Source: the human T2T-CHM13v2.0 reference genome, Homo sapiens. From it: a DNA stretch of 64,000 bases. A program made the position numbers and the translations under genes. Location: NCBI RefSeq assembly GCF_009914755.1, contig NC_060938.1; one strand, 5' to 3'. This document shows positions 43,621 through 60,545 of this stretch, in pieces; the stretch's first letter is position 1, and each line of letters opens with the position of its first letter. The notes under the pieces were generated by a model. It was not told where the DNA came from, did no database searches, and worked only from the letters and a program-made list of their open reading frames with translations.

Positions 43621-45869
43621 TGAAAAGAAGTGAAAAGGAATGAAATAGTTGTTTAGAAAAGTGGCAGAATAAATCAACAATGGAAATGGAGCATGATGCA
43701 TAGCCAACATCTTACTTGAGAACTTGTGAAGAGACCTGTCCCTGAGGTTGTGCCTGTTTCCCCAGCCATGTGCAGTTACTTGGGTCGACATGTAGAGTAG
43801 GGGAGACGTTGCGGTTTTGTTAGGCGACGGCAGAGTGAGTGAGTGACTGCCTGTGGACTTTAAATGGAAAATAAATGGGAAGATATATCACACTACTGGA
43901 AGTTGTTTGTCTACATTATGCCAGAGAGCACACCCCCTTGAAATCTCTGAAATTTGTCCAAAGTGAATGGGACAGAAATATAATTCTCATGTCATCCAAA
44001 AACAATCCCCTGTGCCACTGGATATCATACTCCTGCCATGGGCATGTGCCCCAACCTTCGATCCCATCTGTACACAGATGGTATGAGCCCAGAGAGGGTG
44101 TGATTGTGGGATAGTCCTTATTCCCCAGTGGCTGAAGGGATGTCTTACCACCATCCTCATGCTTCCCCTAGCATCCAGTCATTGTCTTTTCCCAGCGCAG
44201 TGAAGACTTTGGTTCCTCAAGTAGCAGGAGCTCTTTGGTGGTGCCTGCAACATTCCTTCCTCCCTATACACAGAGTCTGAATGCCAAGACTTCTGTCATC
44301 ACATTGTCCCATTAATTTGTTTCCTCAGTGTGTGTAGATCCTATCATTTCCAGGAAATTTGAAGAATAAATAAAGTGAATATTTATTTATATTGTTGCAG
44401 TAGAGGTCCACTCTTGCATTTGTTTAGTAACAGACTTAGGAATGACCAAAAAACTCTTCTTTTCATTTGAAAGCCTTTTGAAAATGTTTGTCCCAAATGA
44501 GATTTTATGTTTAAAGCAGCATGATATCCCTGTTCTATGAACTGAGCGTCAGGGATCCATCACTTGAAAATGATTCTTCTGTCATTCTGAGGTTTAACAC
44601 ATATTTTTCTCCCAAATTAACTGGAGTTTTCCATTAAACAATGATGATCTTACAAAAATTTTCTTTCTCATTTACAATGTCTTGACACACAGCATCCAAT
44701 AGGCAGTAATGTAAAATTGAAATCACAGAAGCAAGCCTTCCGTTATTGTCTGGGGGTTAAAAATCCAAAATAATGAAAAGCGCCATCCATATTTTTCCAA
44801 TTGTCCTTCAATGTTTTTCTTACTGTGTGCCCCAGGCAGCTAAACTTTTGTACACATGATTTCTTGTATGGCTTGGAATTATACATTTTCTTACCATGTC
44901 AGATGTTTCTTGTGTTTTTGCTATGCAAACGTTCTTTTCTGAAACCCATCCCTCTTCCAAGAGTTAGAAATGGGGCCAAGCTGGCTGCAGAGTGGAGACC
45001 AGCACTGCTATATCAATCGCTGCAGCTTGACTCACATAAGCCAGACCCTGCCTTCCATCCCCCACGGCTAATCCTCCACAGAGAGCTCTCTTTAGAATTA
45101 CTATGACTTCTGTGACTTGACTTGGTTGAGGGCTGAGATAGAGGCCACTGCCAGAGCCTCTGCTGACATCAGAGGAGCAATGGGAAAAGGAAGAGAGGGA
45201 GTGAAGGATGATCTTGAAATGGCCATGTCCCAGGCAGTGGGAAAAGAAGACAACCCAGAAGTGTTGCCTTTAGCTCCAGGAGCCTGGACCTCTCTGCCTT
45301 GTAGGGCATGGCAGCTCAGCTCTTGGCCAAGTTTCGGAACTAGGATAACAAGATTTACAGAGGCCAGAGGAAAAGGGCTGCCCCAGAGCAAAGATGCTCT
45401 TGAATTCTTTCTTCCCACACTTATTATTCACTGCAAATTCACCTCCTGAGCAGTCGATGTTGAAAGGGAATTATGAGAAGACAATAGTCCATTTAACAAA
45501 GCAGATGTTTCCAGCTCCTGTTTTCACCTCCTTCACATCCTGTCATCACTCCTGTAAGTGCAGAGTTTTCACAGATTGGAAAGGAATTGTCTGGGAGAAA
45601 GGCCTATCCCTGTATGTATCGAGCACTAGTAGGGGGAGGCTTAACATGCGAGCGTGGGTAAGGATGAGGAGTGCCGACAGGAAGGGCATGCAGGGGACAG
45701 TGCAGCACCTGTACAAATCTCATCAATGGTTTTCCATTGTACTTAATGCACAGCCTAAACTTTCTACCATAGCTGCATTCCTAGGCTTGCCCAGCTCTTT
45801 CCTGCTTGAGGTCCTTACAAATGCTCTTTCTAGCAAGAGCCCTCCCATGATTTCCATAGCACCTGCAGT

Positions 45870-46100
45870 ACTAGCTAACATCCATCACGTGCTTACTAAG
45901 CACTAACCACTATGCTAAATACTATATACCACTGCAGTGATTCCATTTAATTCTCACAGCTGCAAAGTAGAACTTATTACCCCCAGTTTACAGATGAAGA
46001 AACAAAGGCACAGAAAGGTTAAGGAAATTGTCAAAGTTTCACAGCTAATGAGTGGCTGAATCAGGGTTTGATTCTAGGTCTGTCTGACTTCAGACCTAGA
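45870..46100 (-). mobile_element. MIR SINE
   Basis: CCCCAGTTTACAGATGAAGAAACAAAGGCACAGAAAGGTTAAG..TTGTCAAAGTTTCACAGCTAATGAGTGGC. Confidence 0.78.
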
Positions 46101-49100
46101 CCTTCTGTTTTATTTTACCTTTTTAAAAAACCCATTTCATCCTGTTTTATTCCACTAGATCTAAGTTCCATGACAGCAGGTGCTATGTCTCTTTTATGTA
46201 ATACCTTCCCCCTGGTAACTAGTAGAATACTGACATATAGTGCATATTTATTAAAATAATGAATAAAAAATGAATTAAAGAGCAGTTAAAGTTCCCAGAT
46301 GCTTCACTGTGGACATGCTGATGTTTCGTTATAGTTCTTATTCTCAGGGAGCATTATCCTCAGCCCCTGACATTCTTCCACTTTCAAGTTTTTGAGTAGT
46401 AATTTGGAAGATAGATTTGGGGAAAGATCCTGAGATCTGTACCTACTTATCCAACTATCAACTCGACATGACCACTTTCATGCCTAATAGGTTTCGCAGT
46501 TTTAATGTCTTACCTCTTCCTTTCTCATTCTTCACATTAGTCAATGGCCGTGCCTCCCACCCATTTGCCAAGTTGCAGAACCCTGAGAGCCAATACTCAG
46601 TGCCTTCCTTTCCTTTATTCCTCACTTGCAATCCAATTGCATGTCCTGATGTTCATCCTTCGACTGTGCGTATCTCCCACCACTATCCTAGTCCAAGACA
46701 ACATCTTTTCTTATCTGGACCATTACAATAGCCTCCTTATCTAGAGGATCCCTGGTTTGGAGCATGGTTTCTGGATCTTTATGGATTCTCAGTGAATCCA
46801 CAAAGATCCTCATGAATTCCTATGAGAGTAAAAACAGATGTTTTGTCAGGAAAGCATCACCAGTCAGGGCCATGCACGGCACAGGAGATAGGGTTGGTTC
46901 ATTTGAGCATAATATTGGGCAATGTAGGCTGGATAAAGTGGTTGGCAGGATTTGGTGATTAGAGCATCCCTCTACTTGGCAAAGGGAGGTCATGGCTGAG
47001 CTCCAGGCTCTGAGATAGTTGTGGGTGTGGCATCTCTTCCCTTCCCACTGTCTCTGTGCATCTCCTCTCTGCTGGGGTCTCTTTGGAGATCTGGAGGCCC
47101 CTGAGCTGGCTGCAGAGTCTTTCCTACTTCTCTCCTCTCTTTCTTCCTGTTCTTATCTCAGCCCACTTGCATCTTTCCCAAGGCACACGGGTAGACAAAG
47201 CCTCAAGAAGGGCTCCTAACAGAGTTGGGAGGCACCTGGGAATATCCTCATTAGCTTTTCTCAAATACCCAGATACTATGAAGCTATACTGATTGCTCTA
47301 AAATCTCCTAGACCACCTTGAGAATTCAGAGGCTTGGGTAGATACGTAGGTCGGTGGGGAAGTCTGAACTGATCTGCTTATCCTCCTTCTTTCCTGGCAT
47401 GGCTCATGCTTGAGACTGGAGACTTTAGTCTCATGAAGAGTAAAGAGCTTTCTGGAAGGGAGCTCAGTGGTTTATCTATTCCTCAACAAACAATTCTGCC
47501 CCTTATGCAAATACCGCACCCCCCTTCCACCCCCCACCCTCCACAACACTGACACTTCTGGAACCCTGGTAAAGTCTGAATCGGAGAGGAGTAAAAATCT
47601 GTATTTTCAATACAATATAGACAGTAAAGACCAAAGAGCAAGAGATGGAGGCCAAGGGAAGAAGAGTTCATAAGCAGAAAATAAGATTCAGAGGAAATGA
47701 GGATGCTTGTGGGAGAACGAGTGTAAGGCAAACCTTGCATGTTTAGTGATTTTTAAAAATGGTTGTATAGGAAGAGAGGATTATTTCTTTCACATTGATT
47801 GGAGTGTAAGTTTCTTGAAGATGAGGGTCATGTTTTGGTCATTTTGTGTCCTTCCCACCACCCCAGGGCCTTGTATAAGCTTATCAAACAGTAGCTGCAT
47901 TTATACAGAGCCTGAAAATAATTGACACAGGCTCCATGTGAAACATTCTAGGCACATCTCCATCCTAGCTCACCATCTGGGCTTCTGGGAGGATGGGAAA
48001 TCATTTGTGTCAGAGTGGCTCCAAGATTGTTCAGAACTGGCATACAGAGGATTATCAGAGAGAGAAATTTTGCAGTCTCTTGGGGCTGTCTTTGAAGAAG
48101 GTGTTTATAACACATTTTGCTGACTGCTTCCATAAATCCCAAGAGCACTGATAATTTTTCATCAGAAAACAAGAAGTGAAAATGAAGCAATTTGGCTGTG
48201 AGAACATCCTTGAATTTCTACTGGTCGCTTCTAATTGTAACTTGGCTATAACTACATTTTTATCCTTTGCGTTAGAGTATGAAGAAAAACACATCCTTAA
48301 GCTTTAGAACAGAGCAATGTCTAAAAACATCCTGAAGTTCAGAGGGCAAGGAGAATTCTCTGAAACAATCTTGGCCAGGACTCTCGAGAACACAGGGAGG
48401 AAACTTTTCATTCCCTAAGAACCATGGCCTTTGTAGTGCAAATACTGGTTTTGTGGAGGCATTTGGCCTGTCATTCATTAGAAACTAGTGGTCTTTAAGT
48501 GTGGGGCCCCAGTGTTCAGATTCAAGGGCTTGAAGTTTGGGATGAGGCCGGCTTTCAAACATTGTATTTTTTTTCTATTCTCTAATAACTTAAAACAAAA
48601 ACAAAAACTTTGAAATCATGAGACCAATAAGAGCAAGGAATTGAAATAATAACAGCTAACATTTATCGAGTGCTTTCTAGGTGCTAAGAGCTATTTTATG
48701 TGCATTAAATCATTTAATCTTAACAACAACCCTATGCTAAGAGACGAGAAAATCTAGACCAGAAAAGTGAAATAAGCCACCCAAGGTCACACAGCATAGC
48801 CACATTAGTCTGATGCCAGAGGTGAGCTCCTACCCAAGTGATACCACTTAGAGTTTGTGCTTAACTAAGTAAAAAGGTGAAATAACTAGGACCAGAGGCT
48901 CCATATAGTGTGCTGAGCTCTGATACCTAGCCTCTGACAAAGAACCCAGTAAGAAAAAGTAAAAAAGACTGAAACAGAAAAGTCCATCCTGTGTTTTCTG
49001 CAAGTCCACGGCCAGGCTGATGGAGCCAGTTTTGAGGCAGCTTAAGATTTTCCCTTTCCATGGCCAGATCTGTTTTAAATTGAATCTTCCAGCTGGTCCC

Positions 49101-50061
49101 GATTTGCAGATTGGTGCTCAGCTTTCTAAACAAGCCTTTCATTGGCATCTCAGAATTCCATTCCAGCTAATACATGTTTGGTTGTACCACAATTCGGATG
49201 GTTGGGGTATATGTTCCCCCAACTCTTTTTTTTTTCTTAAAAGTAGAGCGTAACAGTTCATTCTTATTGTTGCATTTTGTAATATTTTCACATGCAATTT
49301 TCTCCTTCAGATCATTGCTCCCTACAAAAGAGGTAATGGGTAGATTATTGTATTATATTTATAATTGAAAACAGCTGACTTCATGGATTTTTTTTTTTAC
49401 TTTTTTTTTTTTACCTAGTTTTCCAGCTGTGTCTGACTTTGGCTTGTCATGTGAGGCGGGGGGAGATGGTTTAGTGGAGAAGGGGGTGGTGTCAAATCAT
49501 TGCTTGTGTAGCCAACATCAATAGTAAACTAGCTCCAGAGAGGAAAGGGCAGGATTCTTTTAGCAAATAACTCTATGAGCCAAGGAGGGTTTCTGGAGAG
49601 CAGCTTATAAATATAAAAAGGGGAGAGAGAAAAGGTGTAAGTGAGTGAATGTGTGGGTTAAGATACCAAAGCCACCATTTTGTTGAGTGCTTATTATATG
49701 CCAGACACCGTGCTAAGTACCTTATATGAGTTATTTCGTTTAATCCTCACAACGACCCCATTTTTCAGACAAGACAACTGAAACCAAGGAGCCACGATGT
49801 AAGCATGAGACTTTCTGAGGTCAGAGCCCAGGCTGTAACCTCTCATTCCACTCTTCCTCCCACTGGGCTTTCTTGCAGGTGTGATATGCTAGTTGGAGAG
49901 CCATTCAAAGGCCCCTTTAGAGGACACCTTAGCCTTGTTCCACCTCTGTGGTTTCCTGGAATTCCCAGTGGGAAGGCAAATGCCATTTGTAATGAAGACC
50001 CCTCCTGTAGTCTGTTCAGAGCTCTTACTGTCGACTCTGTATTCTTCCTGTCCCCATCACA

Positions 50062-50476
50062 TTTTTTTTTTCAATTTTGACTTTAGGTTCAGGAGGTACA
50101 TGTTTACATTGGTTTACATGGGTTAATTATGTGTCGCTGGGGTTTGGGGTGTGAATGATCCCTCTCCCAGGTAGTGAGCAAAGCACCTGCCAGGTGGTTT
50201 TTCAACCCTCATCCTCCTCCCACCCTCCACCCTCAGTTAGGCCCCAGTGTCTTTTGTTTCCATCTTTATGTCCATGAGTATCCAATGTTTAGCTCCCACT
50301 TTTAAGTGAAAACGTGGTATTTGGTTTCCTGTTCATGCATTAATTTGCTTGGGATAATGGCCTCCAGCTGTATCCATGGTGCTGCAAAGAACATGATTTT
50401 GTTCTTTTTTTATGGCTAAGTAGTATTCCATGGTGTATATGTACCATGTTTTCTTTACCTGGTCCACCACTGATGC
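50062..50476 (-). mobile_element. L1 3'UTR fragment (L1PA15-16/L1PB-like)
   Basis: TTTAGGTTCAGGAGGTACATG...CCCAGGTAGTGAGCA...TTAGCTCCCACTTTTAAGTGAAAAC...GATAATGGCCTCCAGCTG...TAGTATTCCATGGTGTATATGTACCA. Confidence 0.85.
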
Positions 50477-50531
50477 GTTATCTCTATTAGGCTTTCCTTG
50501 AACTTCTTGGGGAATTGAAAAGAGCAGGGAT

Positions 50532-50870
<339 letters not shown>

Positions 50871-52589
50871 CTACCTGAGAAATATTTGCAGTAGTTTAAT
50901 ATGTGGGACATTAATGGCCTCATCTGTGCATTGTTCTTTTTGCTGGAAATTCTTAGTGCAGTGAGTCCCTGGAGGCCACCTCTTGGTCCAGCTGCTTGCC
51001 CATAAAGTAAATTTCCTGTGAATTATTCAGGATTGAAGCCATACAGATCTCTAACTTCATTACCCATCTTTTCTCAGATACATTCTCTACATATCAGTGA
51101 GTAGATGAAGAAAGATGTCCCAGAATTTTATGTTGACTTACAAGAAAAAAGGCGCATTTTTTTCTTCTTGGTCCTATGTCAGTGATTCCCAGGGCAGGCT
51201 GGCTGGCCAAATGCATGGCCCCTGTGACCTGCTGTTTCCATCTGTGCCTCCACTGTCTTGGTTGTTGAGTTTGCCCTTGACAAAGAATGTTAAGGCATCT
51301 TATGTAAATTAGATGGGGAACTTAAAACTCGAGACAAAGTATGTGCAATTCTCAAGTTTTTCTCTACTTTTGCTTTGTGCTGTGGCAGTGACATTGAAAA
51401 TTGATGAGATTATTCTTGCCCCAAATCTACCTATAATTTTGTATAATTATTCCAAATTCTGTGCCACAGAACTGAATTTTTGGGGTAAATGTGTAGGGCT
51501 TAATGACTCGCAGTCTGGATTTCCTATAGAAGAAAACCCTGTATGATTTTGATACTCTTTTTGCTCTTTCATCATAGATTTGGTCACAGGCTTGCCATAT
51601 TTTATTTAGTGAGATACTTTCAGTCCCTTCAAAAAATGTTTATGTCTGCTTTTTTCTTTCTAGAAAGAGAAATAAAACATCTTAATTTTTTTCTTAGTGC
51701 ACAAACTATTATCTAAAATAAATAAACACTGAGTATGATGACGTTCATCCGTGGGTTTTTCTACTGGTGTGATTTTTCTTCTCTGTCTTCAGCTTCAGGC
51801 TCCTCTCCCTAAGGAAAACTATTCACTTTCTCCTGGGTAGTAAGTATGTTTTGTATTTGGGTGGCTCAGTGTTGTTTAGGCTACAGGCTTGAGGTATAAA
51901 GGGCAAGACTTTTCCCCTTAGGCAGGGATAACTTTAGTATATAAAATGTTCTCACCAACGTGAAGGGAAGAATTTTATTCATCTGAAATTTTTCATGAAA
52001 TTTATTTATGAAAAGCCATCAGAGGAATTCCCAGAAGGCTACATGCCTCCTTCTCATAGGACTGAGAAAGGATGGGGTAACATGGGGTTACAGAGTGAGT
52101 TCTCCAACCAGGTGGCCAGAGCTTGGGTAAGTCCTGATGGTCGCACCTGGCTGGGAAGCCAGGAAAGGTGCTCACAGACAAGTGGAGAAATGAATAGAAT
52201 TGTGGTGAGGCACCCTCCAAAATGAGAGACAGTAGGAGAAATTTTAGCAATTTTACCGTGTGCAGAATTTCAGAACTAAGTACTGGAGCCTAAAGATAAT
52301 TTCTGGGAAGTTTTCTGTTTGATATCCTGTATAAAACCCCTAGATGGCCTAGTTAAAAACCTACAGAAAAGATCTACAATATGGTCCAAAGTTTACGAAG
52401 CCAGATTTATGTTTCTTTTGACTGTGACTCACAGCTAAGACTGAGCCACATGGAGCCTTAGGGATTATTTAGGTTAGATTACATATTAACAAAATATCAG
52501 CATATCCTTTAGTAAGATATCCACGCAGTAATGTCAACTAATCACAGTAGCATAGCATTTAAAGGGAGTTTTGAGCAGGATTGAAAGAA

Positions 52590-53418
<829 letters not shown>

Positions 53419-53725
53419 CCTGAGTCTCACTCTAGTGAATTCTGACCTTTCTTTAAGAAAAACTACCCAATTTTGGAATCTTTCTTGACATGTCCAGGCT
53501 GTCTAGAGCTCTAGGACCTTTATAACTCTTAGCCACAGCAGGCTTTACATTCCCTAGAGTTTTTCTTCTGCCAAAACAGAAGAACAGAACTATGGCATAT
53601 AGTTTTCAATCCATCTTCTGCCTTAGCACAGGTGAATGACAGAAAACAGTGACATTGCATATCCCTAATGCCAGTGCACAATGGGGCACAATTCTCACTG
53701 GGCATAGGGAACACATTGCCTTTAG

Positions 53726-54232
<507 letters not shown>

Positions 54233-54327
54233 GTAAAAGCTCCTACAAATGATTCTCATAAACTTCTGTGCTTCTCTGAGAATGACTGTGCTAAAAGCTT
54301 TAACCAGGATCTCTTGATGACAGGATC

Positions 54328-54381
54328 TTTCTCTTTCTGAAACGAAGGGTAGAGTTTCTCTTTCTGAAAGGGAGGGTAGAG
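54328..54381. repeat. Tandem duplication, 2 x 27 bp
   Basis: TTTCTCTTTCTGAAACGAAGGGTAGAG / TTTCTCTTTCTGAAAGGGAGGGTAGAG. Confidence 0.85.
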
Positions 54382-56681
54382 TTTTCATCAAAACATTCAA
54401 GCTTCTACACGTGGCAGTAGTGAAAATGCTTGGGAATTCAAATTTGTATCTCATTTTAACTGTGTAATCTGTTAATGTCTCTGAGCCTCAGTATCTTAAT
54501 CTATAAAGAAAGCATAATTATACCTACCTCCAAGGGTTGCTAAGAATAAGTCAGCTAAAAGTGCTTTGTAGGTGGAAAAATTCTAGATAATTGTTATTTA
54601 TATTATTGTTATCTTGATGTCTTTTCACATATGGGAAAAGCTGGCTTTTTATTCCCTGCAGTCAGCTTAAAACTGAAAGACATAAAATCATTTATAGAAT
54701 AACTCTAGTCTGAATCCTTTGCATCGATCCATTACCAATCAGAAGGTGGCGTATTTTGAAGTCCTGAGCTTATGTAGATATGGGTTTTGAGTTAATGTAT
54801 AACTGCTTTTAAAATTACAGACATTTCTAGCTTCCTTTGAGTTTTACAAACTAACAGTTCAGGCACAGACACTTTTCTCATTTTTTATTCCAAACTTCAA
54901 AATATATTTATGATAATAAACTAAAAGTAAAATTGTCAGGTTGCCAAGTAATGAGATTATAGGTGAATCCACACTCCCAGTTTGCCTTAATATTGTTAAA
55001 TTACTTCTATAACTAACAAGGGAAACATTCATTTAAACCAAACATAGTAAGTTTTTGTAATTTATTTCCCTTTGTAAAAGCTGCATAGATATATATTTAT
55101 TGTAACAAACTTAAAAAATTAAGAAACATTGTACCTGTGGACTTATTCTTCAAAAACAACAATATTTTGAAGCTACTTTCATTCCTTCTTTCCCCTTCTG
55201 ATGGATATATTTTAATAGCTGTGAACATTTTCATGTTCCATTTTCCTTCTACCTTACAACATAAATATTTCACATTGTTACTACAAGATTTCCTTGATAA
55301 TTTTAATGGCTATGTAACAGTTCATCAGATGGGTATATCTTAACATTAGACATTTAGGTGATTTGCTTCCACTAGATATTAATATATAGTAAATTAAATA
55401 ATAACAAGAACAAGGAAGTTAAAAAAAGGAAATTCTCCTCGTTTTTTTACAACTTCCTCATGGCTTACCTGGATCTCCTCCATGTCTCATTAAAATTTAA
55501 CTAATTATTTCATAACAGCACATAGAAATTCTGGCAGTGTGATAGACATATTCATTTTACTCCTGACCACACAGACAAAGCTGTGTACCACGATGACAGA
55601 GGCCAGCAAGCCAGAGGCATGTGTTATTTTTGGAACTTCTCTAGAGAAAATGTGAACTCAAAAGTCTGGGCTTAACAACTGTTCCTGTTACACACATACA
55701 CAAACACACTCACAGATGTTAAATATTGGGATTCTAGATGGCTTGTTTTCATTATGCAAAGACATTTCTCTCTTTCCCATGATGTCTAAAATAATACTAT
55801 GAATTCCAAGAATCATGGAAAGTTAGGAAGTTTGGAGATTATTTATATGGGATTTTTAATATATGACATGTCTGCTATGCTAAACACATGGCAGACATTA
55901 TTGACCAATTGTTCTTTCCTGAGACAACTTCAGACTCCTTCCCAGCATAACACTACCACACTCATGACCAATCCTTCACAAATGGTTCAAGAGAGCAAAC
56001 CTGTTCACCATCGAGAGCTCTTCAGACCTCTTACTTCATGGATAAGGAAACTGAAACACTTTAGATTCCGGGCAGAAAAAATAATGCATCTGCTTGGCTT
56101 GTTGAGTGTATGTAGAGGTTTACATATTAAAAGGATCCCCAGGTGATTTGAAAGCACCCTAAGCTTGAGAAGCACTGATCTAGACCACTGAATGGAGGAT
56201 GCCACAGGTACAGACAGGTCCAGAGTGAGGTTGTCCAGCAGCTGTGGGCAGGACCCCAGGGGAATCAGTACCTTGGAGAGGGCATCCCATATGGTGAGCT
56301 GTGGTTTTCACTTCATAGTTTCAGAAACTTAATTTAGTTAATTACACAGAGATGATTAACCCGTAGGAGACCAGGTTTTACTAATGAAACTTAAAAGGCA
56401 TTGATGTGCAAACCAGAATTCCTATTTTGGTACAAAAAAAAACCTGTTAGAATCATCCTTTGCGTCATACATGGCTGCGGGGGTATTTTTTCTGGCAAGT
56501 ACCTTCATGCAGCTACCTAAGGTAAAGGCCCAGAGATGCCTTCGTCAACATAGAATGATAGCAATGACAGTAGGTATTTCTGAGGGCTGTTTTTTTTGTG
56601 TTAGAGTTATTTCTCCTTCAAGATGCTGGATAAACATGAAGAAATCCTCGCTAATACATTGCCTTTGAAAACCTTTTACTA

Positions 56682-57079
<398 letters not shown>

Positions 57080-58694
57080 TCAGTCATCTTCCTGAGGATA
57101 TTTACCAATTTCTCCAGTTTCAGGAGCAATATCCTTGTAAACTATTTCATAGAGGTACCTGCTTCTGTAGCTATTTAAACTCCACTGTTTATTGATTCTT
57201 CTTAACTTTATTCTCTAAATTCACCTAAATTCTAGGTGCTCTGTCCTGTGGCTCCCAACAATGACTACTTTAGTCAAATCTTGTTTCTCCAGCTGATGGG
57301 AGGCAAACTGCTTAACCTGTACATATTTGTTACTTTTTTGAACAGTGGGGGTGAGGAAGTTGAAAGAACTTACAAAAAGAGTCAATGCCTTCACTGTAAA
57401 TGTATTTGGAGCGAACAGAATCAAGATGTTCTTAAATCGAAGTCATTATTCTCTGCCAGATGGGAAAAGGCACAGTCTTATGGTTATGAAGAGCTAGGTT
57501 GGGTCTGTATCGTGCTGTAAACTCCACTTAAAGCCAGACTTCTTTGTTTGCCAAGAGTAGCTATCACAGACTAAAATGCTAAAACGCAACTGGGGATGCT
57601 GTCAATCTGCTTGACATGCATCGACTGCAAACATCTCATACCCCTGGTAGAGGGGGCACATTCTACTTCTCTAACACAAGGGAGTGGGAAGGCATGGTTC
57701 AGGAAAGCTGCACATATTACAGTATATATATTTCCATAATCAAAAGACAACCCTTACTATATTACATTATTGGACAATTTGAAAAAACTTTTAATGCTTT
57801 GCTGTTCTTTTACTCTGAATTCCTCTAGAACACAGTTACATGCCTACCACTTATTACATGAGGAAATCCATAATATAGGAGCTCTTATTTAGCTTCCAAA
57901 TGGTCTCAAATGAGATCCAAAATTTAAGAAGGAAATAAGAATCAGTGATTATGTAACATTAACCAAATGTCTTTCCCAAACTGAGGCTGACTTTACATTT
58001 CTTAGGGGCCCAATTCCATTAATGGTGCTTTCTTATTCAGCAAGGTAGAGACATGGATTACTTAGCCAGTGTTTTAGAACTGTGAAAACTGTACTGTACA
58101 CACAACTGAGGGCTGTAAGGGGATCTTGCTTCATACTCAGTCACTGGCTGCAGCAAGGGAGACTTAAGTGAGACCATACAGCAAGGACTTTGCAAAGCTA
58201 AAAGTACTAAATACATGCAAGGGGATTTGCAGCTAAATAAAGTGTTTTTATACCTCCAGCTTCCACTAAGCTGTCCAGGGACAAGTGAATTCCTTTTCTC
58301 CAGCTGCTTGAAGAAGTGTGTTGTCTAAAGCATTGTTCCTGGCTACTATTATTTATAGTAGAATTGTCTTCTCCTACTATTCTCAACACGTTTGCTTTTT
58401 CATTTTTGAGGAAGCAGTTTTAGAACCTGAAGTTGGACCTGTACCTTGACTGTCCTCTTCACATACAATGATGCTCAGCCTCTCCCTGTTACTTCATCTC
58501 TTGTTATGAAATTCCGACCCAATTTAAGTTTGCATGCAAGTTTCAGTTTCTTCATAAAGTAAGCACTCTGAATTCTTACTAGCATTTTAACACTCATTAT
58601 CTGATCTAAGCAATTGAGCCTGATTATTTGCTGTTTTATCTTGCTTTTTAATGGTTCCATGTGCATAAGGCTCTTCAACAAAACTGTACATTAG

Positions 58695-59303
<609 letters not shown>

Positions 59304-60545
59304 TAGAAACCATATTTCATACATAAGATAATCAGACATGAATTGAACTCAAGGTCTGTCAATGGGGCAGAATATTTGAAATCTGGGTTACTCTGGGAAA
59401 TCCAGGAGACAGTGTTATTTTATTTATGGTGCCACTATATACCCTTGTTATAGCCACACATCTATCTGCCCTGCTAGATCTTTAGCAACCTGAGATTAAT
59501 AAAAGTAATATTTATCTTTGTGGTACCAGTGCCCACTATTGTTGTCAACAATGTTATCCATTGTTAGCTTTCTTTTAGTGCTTCTTCTGTGCCAGACACT
59601 GTACTAAGTACTTTACATGAATCATCTAATCCTCACAAACTTTATCTTCATAAGATAATAAGGTTCAGTTATCTCCATTTTAAGAATGAATACTCACTGG
59701 TGCATAAATAGTAGGCATATAATGAATTTTAGACTAATGAATGAATTGATGCTGAAATGGTTGATGCCTAAGACATTGCCATGGGAATATTCTTCTTGCT
59801 CCAACTAGAAAGATAACTTAGAGACTCAGATCACTTCTTCACTTTTTAAAGGTAGATTAGGGAATCTGGGTGTTCATTTTGATTCTCACTTACCTGTGTG
59901 GCATTTTCTATTGAAATAGTTATTGGTTTGTCCACATTCATTAATACCTCAGTGTTAGAAATTGTCAACTTTCCTGTATTAAATTGATACATTTGTGAAG
60001 GAATTATTGTTTAGGGATAAATGGGAGAGAATAGAAAGGACTAGGGAGAATAAAGTTCTCCACATAAATGTGGAAACATTTATGTCATTGTTATATGTAT
60101 TTAAATATACCTTTTACCAATGGGGTTCTTGATCCATTTAGTGAAATATAAATTGAAATTAAATATTTGAATTAGAAATTGAAATTTTGTATAAAAGAGA
60201 AGGAAGAAAAAAGTTTAGAAAATTGATTATTTCATTTCCTTTGTAAGCAGAAATTATGTGACAGACTCAATGAGTATTTCAGGGGAACAGAATTTGCAAA
60301 TAATATAGTTTAATGGGTATAATTGTCAACTGATAATTTACTTTGCTGGATAAAAAATAGATGATACATTTCAAAGTTACAGCAGCCTAGGCCATATAAT
60401 TCTTGTGAAATATCCTCTGGGATTACTCAATAGGGGAAAAAAAGTAAATTTTGAAGCAGTGCAAAATGCTCTTCCATGTAGAGTACTCAAAACTCTACAT
60501 GAGCAAGGACCTGTCAAACATTTCATGACCTCATGACAGTTTATT

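Noticed and set aside
45394-45906. 170-aa ORF, and the 153-aa ORF at 36553-37014
   Set aside because: No recognisable homology or exon-like boundaries. The first runs into a MIR. Both are compatible with chance.
59886-59897. Perfect minus-strand donor (CAG|GTAAGT), and another at about 33582-33590
   Set aside because: No convincing paired acceptor found. It shows that strong splice motifs occur on both strands, which tempers the + strand exon candidates.
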